Translations under genes and position numbers: made by a program
Notes under the pieces: generated by a model
Seen by the model: the letters and a program-made list of their open reading frames with translations, nothing else
Database searches by the model: none
Told to the model about the DNA's origin: nothing
Source: Heterodontus francisci
Taxonomy: Eukaryota
NCBI RefSeq assembly: GCF_036365525.1
Contig: NC_090376.1
Coordinates: 19,834,311-19,898,310 of the forward strand
DNA: 64,000 nt
Direction of reading: 5' to 3'
Shown here: positions 36,936 through 49,500 of the stretch, piece by piece
Layout: every line of letters begins with the position of its first letter
Position numbering within the stretch: position 1 is the first letter of the stretch

Positions 36936-38419
36936 GCTAACAGTTGTAGTAAAAGACGAAGTATTAGTCCAGACTGTTAATGGCAGAATAATGAACAGCT
37001 CTGTCGAAGAGGTTGTTTTGAATCCACAACCTTCTCACTCGGAAGCCAGAGTACGGTCATTGTCCAATTGTTCTGACCACACCAGGTTGAAGGGCCCATT
37101 CTCATTCCCTTTCCATTCTCAAAAAATAGGGGCAAGTGAACAAAAACACACTCCACCATATACAAACAACAACTTTATTCATAGGCTTGAAAAAATATCT
37201 GTTGTTCTACTGTAAACTTTAGACAATTCACAGGAGAAATAAAAAATACTTGCTGAAATAGTGTACTTTCCTATCTTTTACAAAGGAAACTCCACTTTTA
37301 AATTATGTACCACATAACTAATAGTACCAGTGCAATAAAACATAAGTATCATAGCTTTTTCTGTTTGGAAAGAAATGCAAATGTTAGGGACTATAATTTT
37401 GTTTTTAATGCTACACTATGCACCATCTAATTTACCTGATTCTGCACTATGCCCTGGTAGCTAACACCCACTGCCTGGGGTAATGCAGGCTGCATGTTGC
37501 TAAACTTCTGTGGCGACTGCAGTTCTGGGCCTCTTCCTCCTCTTGCTGCCAATGCCTACAACACCCATCCGCTGATGAAAGAAATCCTGTGTACTATTCA
37601 CTTCTATCACGGCTGTGTCCTTATTTTGAAATCTTCCTTCCATTAAATTAACCAACTACAGGTCTGATTTGCAACTGAATAATGCTCGACTCTGGAGCTG
37701 GAGAAGGCTGCATTAGTTTAGCTTTGATGACTTTTTAAATAGAGAATCATTATCATTTTGTGAAGTTTAATCAAACGTCCAATAACCCAATTTTGGAGCT
37801 GCAAGAATCCTCAGAACATTCCCAGATGAGAAAAAAAGCCCTTTTACATTTTTACTGATTTTACACACCTCGCTACTTGAATTTTACGACAAATTGCACA
37901 GAAGAAAATATGGTCATTGGAGTAAAATTTTCTCCCAATTAGAATGAAGAGACAAGGGTGGATGACTTGCTTCAGTGTTTGTCTCTGCAAATTTCCCTTT
38001 TATAAAATATAGGCGCATGAAGACATTTTGATGGGATATTCCTAATCCTTTAAAAAGAACTTAATCACAAACTCAAAAAGTAAAAGAAGTAAACTTGGCC
38101 CTGCATTTCTGTTTATCTTTTCATGCCAGCCAGAAAACTGACATCAAGTAAAAACAAAGTCTAATTGTTAGGAAACTGCTCAAAAGATCATCACTGGAAG
38201 CCTCTAAATTGCACTTGGAAACATGAGTTTTGTTCAGGCATTCCACCCAGACACAAACTTGCCTTTCATATTCTCATTGGCCTGTTTTGCATTTCCATCA
38301 TTGTTTGTTTTTGTTTCAGGAACTCAGTATTCACAGTATTTCTTTCTTTCTGTGCAATACATAAGCTTCAATATCAGGAAAGAGGTATCTCAGACAAAGA
38401 GCACCCATTACGGTCTCAG

Positions 38420-38800
38420 CCAGCAAAGTTTTTCTGAAGTTGAGTCACTTTTGTAATATAGGGACACCTGGCAGCCAAATTGCACATAGCAAGGATTTCA
38501 AAAAGGACAATAAAATAAACGACCAGCTGAACAGTTTTACGGATGTTGGCTGAGGGATAAACGTTGGCCAGGACATCTTGAGAACTCCATTGCTCTTCTC
38601 TAAATAGCACCATGGGATCTTTTAAGTCCACTATTGTTTAACATTTCATCCAAAAAACAGCACTTCTGACAGTGCAGCACTTCCTCAGTAGTGCCCTGAA
38701 GTGCTAGCCTAGATTAGTGTTCATGGCACTGGAGTTGAGCTTGAACACAAAACTCCTAATTCAGCGGCAGGAGTGCAGCCACTGAGCCGAGGTTGACAGT
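38420..38800 (-). mobile_element. Deu/SacSINE-like SINE
   Basis: Reverse complement similar to 12387-12760. Confidence 0.65.
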
Positions 38801-40466
38801 TAGCCTTCATAGGAGGTAATGAAGATACTTAACAGCACAAAGAAGATGAACAAGAAACTGTACTTTCAGATACACCAGGAGAGCAGAACAAGAAAGCACT
38901 GGTTCCGGTTGTGAAAGGCATATTTATGACAGTCAACCAGATCATTTCTTCTTTTACACACAAAGGGCTATCAACAGCTGGAACAGGTTGGAAGACCATG
39001 AGACTGGAATAATTTAAGGAGCAATGAGATGCCATAATAGTAACTAAGTACTCTGGAAAGATTAGATCATTTGGCTGAAGGCATTTTTCATCCAAACCTA
39101 TGCTGTGGTTAAACTGGATATGAACAATATTGGAGAGGGGAGGGGGGTATGTTAGATGACTAACTGCTTACAAATGAACCCCAGGTGGAGAATTTAAGTT
39201 ATAAGCAATTTTTGTTTTGCTATATATTTTTCCATATTTAAAAAATGAAATTATTGAAAACAGGTTTGGTTGTTTGAGATCAAGAACAGGAATAGTCCCA
39301 GCTGCCACAATTAAAGCCCAAAAATTATAACAGAAAAGAGTTGTTCTCCACTGACAGCTTGCTGATGCTTCGCACTACTCTGCTAAGGGTTAAAGTCGCA
39401 GCATTGATCAATGTTCAAATCTTCCAAAAGTGCATGTTAACTTTTGTCAGGACACTCTATGGGATGTTTCAAAGCTCAGCATCACATACAAGAGGTGAAA
39501 ACTATTTATAAATAATGTGTTTTTTTTCTCCATTTTGTTTTGCAGAGAACATATCCCTGACCATCATAGGATGGCCGAGGAAATTGTAGAGGAGTGAGCA
39601 ACCTATTTGTCCACCATGCAACCTGTGATGACACTGTCAACACTGGAATAAAAAAGGAAAGCATAGATGGAGAAGACAGAATAAATGTCAAATAAAGGAG
39701 AATTTAAGCATTAAAAACCTATCATTTTACTTCATTTGTTTTAAAATCAGTACCTGGCATAAAATGATTTTCATTGCTCTACAAATAGCTGGGTCAAGAC
39801 TCATTATATTTATGTAACTAGATAATAATGTTGCAAACATTCCTCCAATGGCTCAGTTGGCTAAATGCATTGTGGGACTGAGCTACACAAAACTACAAAG
39901 TCCCAGGTTTGATCCCTGAATTAGTTAATCTCAGCCGCAGTACCAAGTGGGGTGCTAAAGGTGATCTCAGTGCCATTGGGCTAGGAAGTGGCAGGAGGGA
40001 AAGCAACCACGATCCCTGCTCCTGATTGCCATCCAGTGACTCCTGTCAACAGGATCAACAACATAAACAATTTGCATTTATGTAGCACCTATTAACAGAG
40101 TAAAAAATCTCAAGGCGCTTGATTATGGCCATGCGTCTGTGTGCGTGTGGACAGAAATCAAGCTCAGCACCCATGATCTCCACCACCGCTACCAGCACCA
40201 CCCCACCCCCACACAGTCATAGAGACTGGCGACATTCTATATCTATACTCACTCGCAAAGAATGCATATTTGAATAAGGTTAACAGAGGCACCTAAACCA
40301 GCACGAGCCAGCACCTTCAGAAGAGGGAAGAAAACAGCAATGTTAAGCTTTTTTTTTTTAAAAGTGCACAACAAACTGTTGATTTGTTTCAGACTGATGT
40401 TCAGTGCAATATTACATATATTACTTCAGTTTCTTAGCATCATAAATGTGCTTGTGCAGGTTAGTA

Positions 40467-40572
40467 TTATCTCAGATTCATAACAAAAGACATGGCCAAA
40501 GATAGTTCTTCTGTAAGCTCTTCAGGAAGGGTAGTCACAATTGTAATAATACTCCGAGTAAGACAGAGTATC
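40467..40572 (-). CDS. Uncharacterised gene, terminal exon 8 (ILCLTRSIITIVTTLPEELTEELSLAMSFVMNLR*)
   Basis: Acceptor tttctttttcttttag; TAA stop at 40469-40467. Confidence 0.88.
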
Positions 40573-43500
40573 CTAAAAGAAAAAGAAACACATTTGAAAC
40601 ATTAACGATAAATTTTTTGAAATAATTCCTTTTTAACAATAACTATTCTCCCATGAGTTGTAAACTCTACCTTCTTCAAGGATGTCAGGACTGTCAAGAC
40701 ATTTCCCTGATGCTTTAGTGGATAAACATACTTTACGCTATGCTGCTGAACCCGAAAAAACAGCAAAATCCTAGGTTTGTGTCCTAGCTCGTGCCGGGTT
40801 GCCTCATTTTAGCCAAAGCAGCCCCAGTGCCCTGAAACTGGGGCTGGCCACGAGTCACAGTTGTGATGCCTATAAAGTTGAATAGCCTGCCAATACCTGC
40901 TGACCAGGCTCAATGATGAATAATCAGCAGCTAGCCAAGTGCTGGATACATCTGCAGCTCACTGATGCCATTTAAACAAGACCCAGGCCTCAAAATGTCT
41001 CCAGCCTCTTCACCCCAGAATGGGTGGGCTGACTGTACGCTCCATTGACATGCCACCCAAAAATCAGGAGAAAAAATTGCTGGCGAGGGAGAAATGAACA
41101 AGCACTAACTCAGTTTCAAAAGGAAACTCCAAGCATAATACCTCGCACTCAGCATTAATTCAATTTTCCTATCGACTTGGAACTCATTGAGATCAGCTGC
41201 TTGGCAAGATTGTTAAAGACATCATTATAAAGACTTTTAACTAATGAATTCTGAAACATCTCTTGCCCAGGAGGACCTTTTCCACCTGCTCTGAAGCTGC
41301 TTTGGAAGATCTGACACATATGATGACTTGTTTGGATGACATATTTCATCCATTCATTTCCAACTGGCTGCTAGTCATCTCTGTAAGGATAAGCTCCTCG
41401 TGCTAGATTCCAATCCAAGTACGCAAACCAGTGTAAAAATGGCTAGTATTGATTAGAACACAAGGCTAACAAGTAATAAACCTTTGATTTAGTTCAAGAA
41501 GCATCTAACTCTTTTCAAAGTTCATCACCAGTCAGTTAGATACAGACTCATTGAATAAGACATCCAAATGGATCAACCTGGTCCAGTGACTTGACATAGC
41601 ATATCTCCTGAGGCTAATTTCAAACGAGCATCAACTGAAGTATCTTCCTTCATGCAAGATATTTATTTACAAAGCAACCTTTTTTAAAAATAGTCCTTCA
41701 AGTGCTAGAGAGATCTGTACATTCAAATTATTTCATCAACCCAACCAAATGATACTCTACTTTCGCCCCTTTCTAACATTAATTATAAAAGGTTAACATA
41801 GTTACGTATTTCTTACGACTAACGAAAACACAACTCTATGGTGAATAAAAAGAACTTTACGTGCTTTAGTGACCACTGGAGATTTTTTTTTTAAACCTGC
41901 TTCAAGTTAAACTGAATTTTAATTGTTTTAATGCCTATCCTGGAATTTTACTTGCTTTAATTGTTATTTGATACTTTGATTAAAAGGCAGAGCAAAGCAA
42001 AGCCGGAGTGCTTCATTTATGTTACACCACCTGTAATCATACCCCAACACAAGTCACAGTCTTGACAAGAGATAAATGAAAAGTATCGGAAGACAAACTA
42101 GGATAAAACCCTTCTCTGTTTGAAGTTATGAAACTAGATTAATTGGTGTTGAGAGGAATGTTTAATGTTGCTTTGAATTCACAAAATGTATCATATAAAT
42201 AATTCTGCTTAATAAATCTCATGTAAAGCCTCCTGTTTAATGACCTGCTTTAAAATGTCACTTTAAAAAAGTAGTGCTAGGATTTAGTTTAAGCTATTTC
42301 ATGGACTCCTCAACATATATATTTTAAAACTGTTCAGTGATTCCCACAGAATACCATTCCAGAAATGCATCAGAAACAAACATTCTCCCATTAACTGCCA
42401 AACCCTTGGTTCCTGCCCATCCTACTCACCAGTTTACGTAATGATACGGTAGCACAGGCTCCTGCTCAGACCCCTCACCAACAGCCAGTCCAGATTTTAA
42501 AGCTTTGAAATTAGCTTCAATGTCTTTTTTTAGGACGTCCAAATTAACATATCCACTGAAATAATTTAGAACTTTCTGCAAGGAGAGAATAAAAGTACTT
42601 GAATGAAAAACAGCTCTCCTTCAATTGTCTAGTGGACAGTGCCACCATCCAGTGTAGTACTAAGCCATGCAGAACAGAAGATTACTGGTTTGATTCCTGG
42701 TCTCTGCAGCATTAACCTGCTTTTATATTACAGTGAAGGGGTTTCTTGTGCTTCTGGCTTCCAAAGTGTGATCTTGCACAACTGGTAGCAGCTCCAAACC
42801 AATTCATGAAAGCCAGTGTCCAGGCAGACCCAGTTAAAAACAGATCTTTCAGTAAAACCAGTAGATTTACACTGGGGTTGCCGCTGGTTACATGAGATCT
42901 GTGCTTCAGGAATTTTCAAAACCAAGATTGAGAGATTTTTGTGTGTAAGGGTATCAAGGCATAAGGAACAAAGGTGGGAAAATGGAGTTGAAATACAGAT
43001 CAATCATGATCTAACTGAATGGCTCAAGGGGCTAAAAATGCTATGTTCCGAATAGGCCGCACAAAGCTCAGTGGTATTTTATTAATGCGTCATGTTATAA
43101 ACATCAGTTAGCCTAGAAGGAGCAGAGTTTTTATTTTTAAAAAGGAATGCCTTTCTTTGTGTCTGTTTGCTAAGGATTTGCTCTGTCGCATCAAGTGATT
43201 GGACATCAGTGACGTTGATCAATTTGCCAATATTTCTAGATGAACTCGACTCTTCAATGTATGAGCTCTAACACCTACTTAGTACTCCATCACTTTTGTG
43301 CTTTAGCTTGGAATTTTTTTAAAACACGAACTATTGAAAGACGTAAAAAGGTGATTGGGAATAAATTACATGATTAATATAACTGGCTCAGACTACATTA
43401 CACACACAAAAAAAGCAGAGCATAATCTTTGACAGCCTCCATTCCCAAACCATCCTCAGTCAGTACAACATGAGAGAAAAGAAAATCACCAATAGGGCAG

Positions 43501-46500
43501 CAAAGTTTAACTTGGTTATTACTCAGGTCCTGCATGTTTTGTTGATAATTATTAAAGGCACCAGTCTGTGTTTAAACCTTCAAATACAATCTCACACACA
43601 CCTGATGTTTCACATAATCGCTGAATTCTTTTATTCCTTTGTGGAATTAATCATGGTCATATTTACCTCATGTGGGAGAGAAGGGGGAATAGGAGGAAAT
43701 ACAAGTAGTATGATAAAAATGCTTGCTGATACATCACATAATGGACAAAGTGTTACAAGGACAATTTTTATAATGTGTTCTGAGATTAACCATGATGATA
43801 CTCACATACAAGACTGAAAGCTGATGTGCTATGTACTTGTGGCTTCCCAGGTGCTGCACATCACCTTCCAACTGCTGGCTCAAAACCAGGAGCTGATTTA
43901 GTTTCCCAATGTGGGAAAAATAATCTGCATTGAAAGCACAAACAAAGCAATTTTAGTCTTCTTCCCTCTCTGCCTCTATGACATCCTAATTGGTGCAGTA
44001 CAGTGTGGCTTTCTTGAGGAGAAAGGCAGCCATTGGAGAAATAGGGAAGATCACATACCAAGTAGAATAGGTGAAGCTATACACAAAGCTGATCATGAAC
44101 TTAAGTGTTATCAAGGTATAATAAAGCTTCTTTAGCATGGTAAAAAAAGTAAAAATTTCCTCTGAATTTAATCAGGAAATAAGGGCTAAGGATTGTCAGA
44201 AATGTACTACAATTAGTGCAAATACAGCAGTAAATGTGTTGCAGACCTACAAATGCAGATAGAACAAACCCAATAAGTAATTCATTAGATACTCATAACA
44301 CATTGTCCAGAAAAGTTATATTTTAAAACATATGCTCAAACACAAAATTACTCAATCTATAACAGAGCACAAAATTAGGTAATACTATTGACTGAACCAT
44401 GCAAAATCACAGCACAGCACAGTAAGGAATTCACAGCTTCATCATATGGTTCAAGAACATTAAAAGAAACTGCTACATTTTCACTCACTGGTTCAAGTTG
44501 CTTCCTCAGTGAAGACCAAATGTTTCCCCTTCACGGAATATTTATGCATTATATACAAAATTTAAATAATAAAGACAGTCAGTCATTCACTGATCTGTTA
44601 TAAACTTTATTTGAAGAAGCTGTTATTCAAAGTAAACACTATTTGTGCACAGACAGTATCCAGGTTTGCTTTCCTACACATAAAATGACACATTTTCCCT
44701 GCTCTTTAAGATACTGCATGTTACGCACTATTCCCTGGATGAATAAACTGTTCCCAGGCCTCCACCGGTGCTGCAGAAAGCACTTTTACATTTTCTCAAG
44801 GGCTCAACCAGAGATTTGAGACTTCCATATGCCACTCTTCAGTTTGATTATTTTTCTGCCACCACTCCAAATCAAGACTGTTGGAGGGTCTAAAGCCATG
44901 ATTCAAGAACTCCCAGCAAGGAATCCAGCTCTGTATATTTAGGTATGAGGTGGAGACCTAATGAAAGCTCAGCAGCAAGGAACAAAAAAATGGAAGCCTC
45001 CAGGGCCGTCGGCTCTCTGAAAGTCAGGTTCTTTATGGTAGCCAGTGTTGCCAACAGGAGGAGTACCTCATGCCTGTTGTCCATAATACTTCTTGCAGCT
45101 AAAAGGCTTCGTAATAGCTGTTCAGAGGAGCTCAACAACAACCTAAGGCAATGTATACAGCTTTTCTTTAGTTCCTTGTGAGAGGTACAATACAGCATGA
45201 TAGAGGTTGAGAATGTAACGTGTGAGCAACCATGAATGCAAATCCATGTCGCGTTCCACCTTATAAAACTAATGCAAGCCACTGTTCTTTAAAAAAATAG
45301 GTGAAATTAGAAGCAGAGAAGGGTGGCACAAAATAAATTCGAAAAATAAAGATCTGTTAGCTATTAACTCACCTGAAGGCAAAACCCTCACAGTTCTTCA
45401 CACACTCAACAAAAAGAGCCATCTTTGACGCAAAAGCTATAGAAAACCATAGGGTTGAGTTTCAACTCTAAATGAAAATTAAGATAAATTTTTGAAAACA
45501 ATAAAATGAAAAAGCACCTTACAAACTGTTACTAAGAACTTAAAACCAAGAAAGAAAAACTAATACTTTTTGCTGCACAGCTTATGTGAATAATGCATCA
45601 CACATAATGCTTTCCAACCCCAAACTTATAAACCACTGTACAACCTCATTTTATAGCCAACTGCAATAATGTCGGTCATGCTTCTAAACAGTTCATTAGT
45701 CTCAGATATGGCATTTTAAAATATCTGACATCTTCATAGTAGAGAGATGGCGTTAACTGAATTGACAAACTTTGTATTCAAATCTGATGGAATATAGATA
45801 TATCTACATTAGCACTATGCAGCCCAGAGAAAACAACATGTTACATTTATATAATATAATAGTTCCGAAGAAGGGTCACTGACCCGAAACGTTAACTCTG
45901 CTTCTCTTTCCACAGATGCTGCCAGACCTGCTGAGTGGTTCCAGCATTTGTTTTTATTTCAGATTTCCAGCATCTGCAGTATTTTGCTTTTATAACGTTA
46001 CATTTGGTTTGTTAAGTAAATATTCACAGAAGGTAACAAAAAAAGGTAGCAAACAACCACTTTGTACTCCTTGCTAGCAAGTAACGAGAATACATTTAGG
46101 TTTTTCTAGACGCTTTGACCCCTATGGTATATTATCATTTCATTTAACTCCATTAACTAAAATTAAAATACATTTGAAGCCTTTGCACAAATTTTGATCC
46201 TGCTCAGCTTCAGAGAAGCAAATATTAGCAGAAGAAGGAAGAAGAACTGGAAAATATAGTAACACACTCACAATACAATTGAGTGTTTTACAGATTTTTG
46301 TGTCCAGAACTCTGATCAGTTTTACATGGAAACCTAAGGATTAAGTTTACAGAGCCAATTTGCCTGATCTTTGCTCCTGGAGAGAGGCTCTGGATCGGCG
46401 CAGGCTTGGAGGACCGAAGGGCCTGTTCCTGTGCTGTAATTATCTTTGTTCTTTTCTTTGTTTGTTCTTTGACCTACAGGAATTGTTGCCCTTTTTCCTG

Positions 46501-49500
46501 CAGCTTGTCCAGATAAATTGAAAGCAAACAATCTGAAATGGAGCAAGATGTGATTATGAACAGCCCAGGTGGTGGCTAATTATCAATCTGGCTATGATCC
46601 ATCCCCTTTCTCTAAGCATATTTCATATAAGGCAAATCTCAGCCTGTGTTCCTGGCACAAGCACTAATGGAATCATAGAATGGTTGCAGCACAGAATGAG
46701 GCTATTTGGTCAGTTGAGCCCAAGCTAGTTCTCTGCAAGAGCAATTTAGCTAGTCCCACTCCCCCGCCCTTTCCCTCTAGCCCTGCAAATATTTTTCCTT
46801 CAGGTGCTTATCCAATTCCCTTTTGAAAGCCACGATTGAATCTGCCTTTACCAGCCTTTCAGGCAGTACATTCCAGATTTTAATCACTCACTGAATAAAA
46901 AAAAAATCCTCATGTTCCCTTTGGTTCTTTTGCCAATCACCTTAAATCTGTGTCCTCTGGTTCTCAACCCCTCCGCCAATGAAAACAGTTTCTACCTATC
47001 TATTCTGTCTCTGACCCCTCATGATTTTGAACACCTCTAACAAATCTCCTCTCAACCTTCTCTTCTGTAAGGAGAGCAGCTCCAGCTTCTCCAATTTATC
47101 AACGTAACTGAAGTCTCTCATGCCTGGAACCATTCTCGTAAATCTTTTCTACGCCCTTCTAAAGCCTTAATATCTTTGCTCAAGTGCGGTGCCCAAAATT
47201 GGGCACAGAGCTCCAGTTGAGGCTGAACAAGTGTTTTATAAAGGTTCATCATAACTTCCTTACTGTTGTATTCTATGGGGAAATTTTATGCTCTCCCCTC
47301 CAGCAGGTTTGGAGGCAGGGAGAGCATATAATCGGGTGGGTGGGTGGCGGGGGGAACCCTGTCAACTTCCCGCCTCAGCTGAAATTAAATCCGATTAATG
47401 CCCAATTAAGGGCCTCATCCCGCCGCCGCAATTAGCCGAACAGGCGGGCAGCCCTGTCGACGCATGGGAAGCGCGGCAGGTAAAACAGTGCGGGCTGCTT
47501 GCCGACTCCTGGAGGGTGGGTGTTGGGAGGGTCCCTTGTTAAAAGGCTCTTAGTGCCTGAATGAAAGACCCAGCATTGGGAAGGGGGGCCCTCTGAGAGC
47601 CAGCCCCCTGTCCTTGCTGCTGACCCCTCTAAACACTCCCTCCCTGCGACCCCCACGCTACAAGGCCCCTCCTGTTCCACTGGCCGGCAGCTCTCAGGGG
47701 TCAGGACTTCCTTCACCAGGGTCCTTGATCCCATGGAAGGCCTGCCGCTGTCCATTCATGTGCCTAATTGGCACTTGATTCAGTGGAGCTCCCACAGAAG
47801 AGGTGACACCGGGTTCTTGGCGTCGCTTTTGCCAGACGTCGAGACCCCGTCGTCCAGATAAAATCCCAGCCTATGCTTCTATTTATAAAGCCCAGGATCC
47901 CGTATGCCTTTTGACCACTTTCTCAACCTACCCTGCCACCTTCAACAATTTGTGCTCATATACTCCCGGGTCTCTTTGGTCCTGCATGACCTTTAGTTTA
48001 TGTTGCCTCTTCTCATTCTTCCTACCAAAATGTATCAACTAGCATATTGTATTTTAATTACATCAACGTCCATCATCTCATTGTTACATTTTAACAGCAA
48101 AACCTTTCAATGTGTACGTTACCCTTTATTCAGTAATATACTTCATTTTAATCCATTTAATGTGATGTTACAGTTCTTCTGCAGAATTAAAAAAGAGACA
48201 CACAACCAAAATCGTTAAGAGCAAGACATTGATACAGATATCAGTTATTTGTAGAACATAGGTGAATGTATCAAGACAGGGGAGACCATTCTTACCATCC
48301 AAAGGAGGCCTTTCCAGCATGTCAACGGGTCTACCATGTATTACAAATATTTCAACACGGGGAAACAACGTCGACAATCCTTGAGAATCCAGATAGTCCT
48401 GTAAAAGACAGTTTACACTGTACTTTCAGACTTATGAAAAGGATGTAACATAGCAATAATACAGCAACAGCATCCTTTAGTTCCAGAGCACATTTTTTTT
48501 TAAAGAATAGTCGTTTGGTAATACAGAACTTGAGAATTGCTGAAAATAGAGACATGTTGTCGAAGCTTTTCGTCTTGCACTCATCAGGACAATACACAAG
48601 AATAATCAATGTAAGGGAAAAGCAACAACTTATACTGCATGAGAAGAGAGCTATTTTAGAATGGTAAAATCTATCAAATTCTTTCCAAAAACAGCTGTAT
48701 TTAAATAGCACCTTTGCTGTAGAAAATGTCTCAAAAGTGCTTCACAGACCTTTCCACTATTATCACTAGTGCATCAAGGCTACAGATTAAGGTACTTTAA
48801 TGCAAATATTTTTCAACCAAACAGATGTCTAAATAGGAACAACATTACATAAGAATCAACAATTAATTAGTTTTAAAAGATAGTAAAGCACATTACCTCC
48901 AGCTGTGGAACAGGGTCTGGCAGATGCTCCAGATATTGTTTAATTCTTTCAACATAATCTACACCTGTATGAGAATGAAAGAATAATTTGAAAAACAGCC
49001 AAGCAAATTGCTGAATTCCAATAGACCATTACTACACCCTGGATAAGTATTTAAAAATAAAGCATCTCTTCAGAATTAAATGCATCCCCTTTTGGAACCT
49101 GGACTGAAGTCCAGCCCAAACTGATCACTGTAAGGGTCCTATATGAAAAAGATATGGACGATAACAACCTATTTCATGGTAGATAAGGAGCCAAAATAGA
49201 AAACTGCTCCAGGTTAGCAACCTTATATAAGGGTTACAGGATGGCTGGTATTGAAAATGGGAAAAATGTTGCACTGGTGGCAGTACAAGCTACTTGCCTG
49301 CAACTGGGGCAGAGGCACATTTTTGGAACAGAGTTGAGAAAGCATTACTGTGCATTTAACCTTGCCTGGGAGTTTTTGACGCTGACAACAGGCATGCAAA
49401 ATGGGGGCAAGGGTGGCAGAAAAACTATTTTCTTTTTTCAAAACTTCATACTACTTCCAGATTTCGCCCGCCACCACCCCCCCCCCCCCCCCACCACAAC

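Noticed and set aside
41140-41385. Minus-strand exon-like segment in intron 7
   Set aside because: Stops in the frames examined; not needed for the gene model
44890-45282. 130-aa minus-strand ORF inside intron 5 of the unknown gene
   Set aside because: No recognisable homology; flanking exons already join in phase without it
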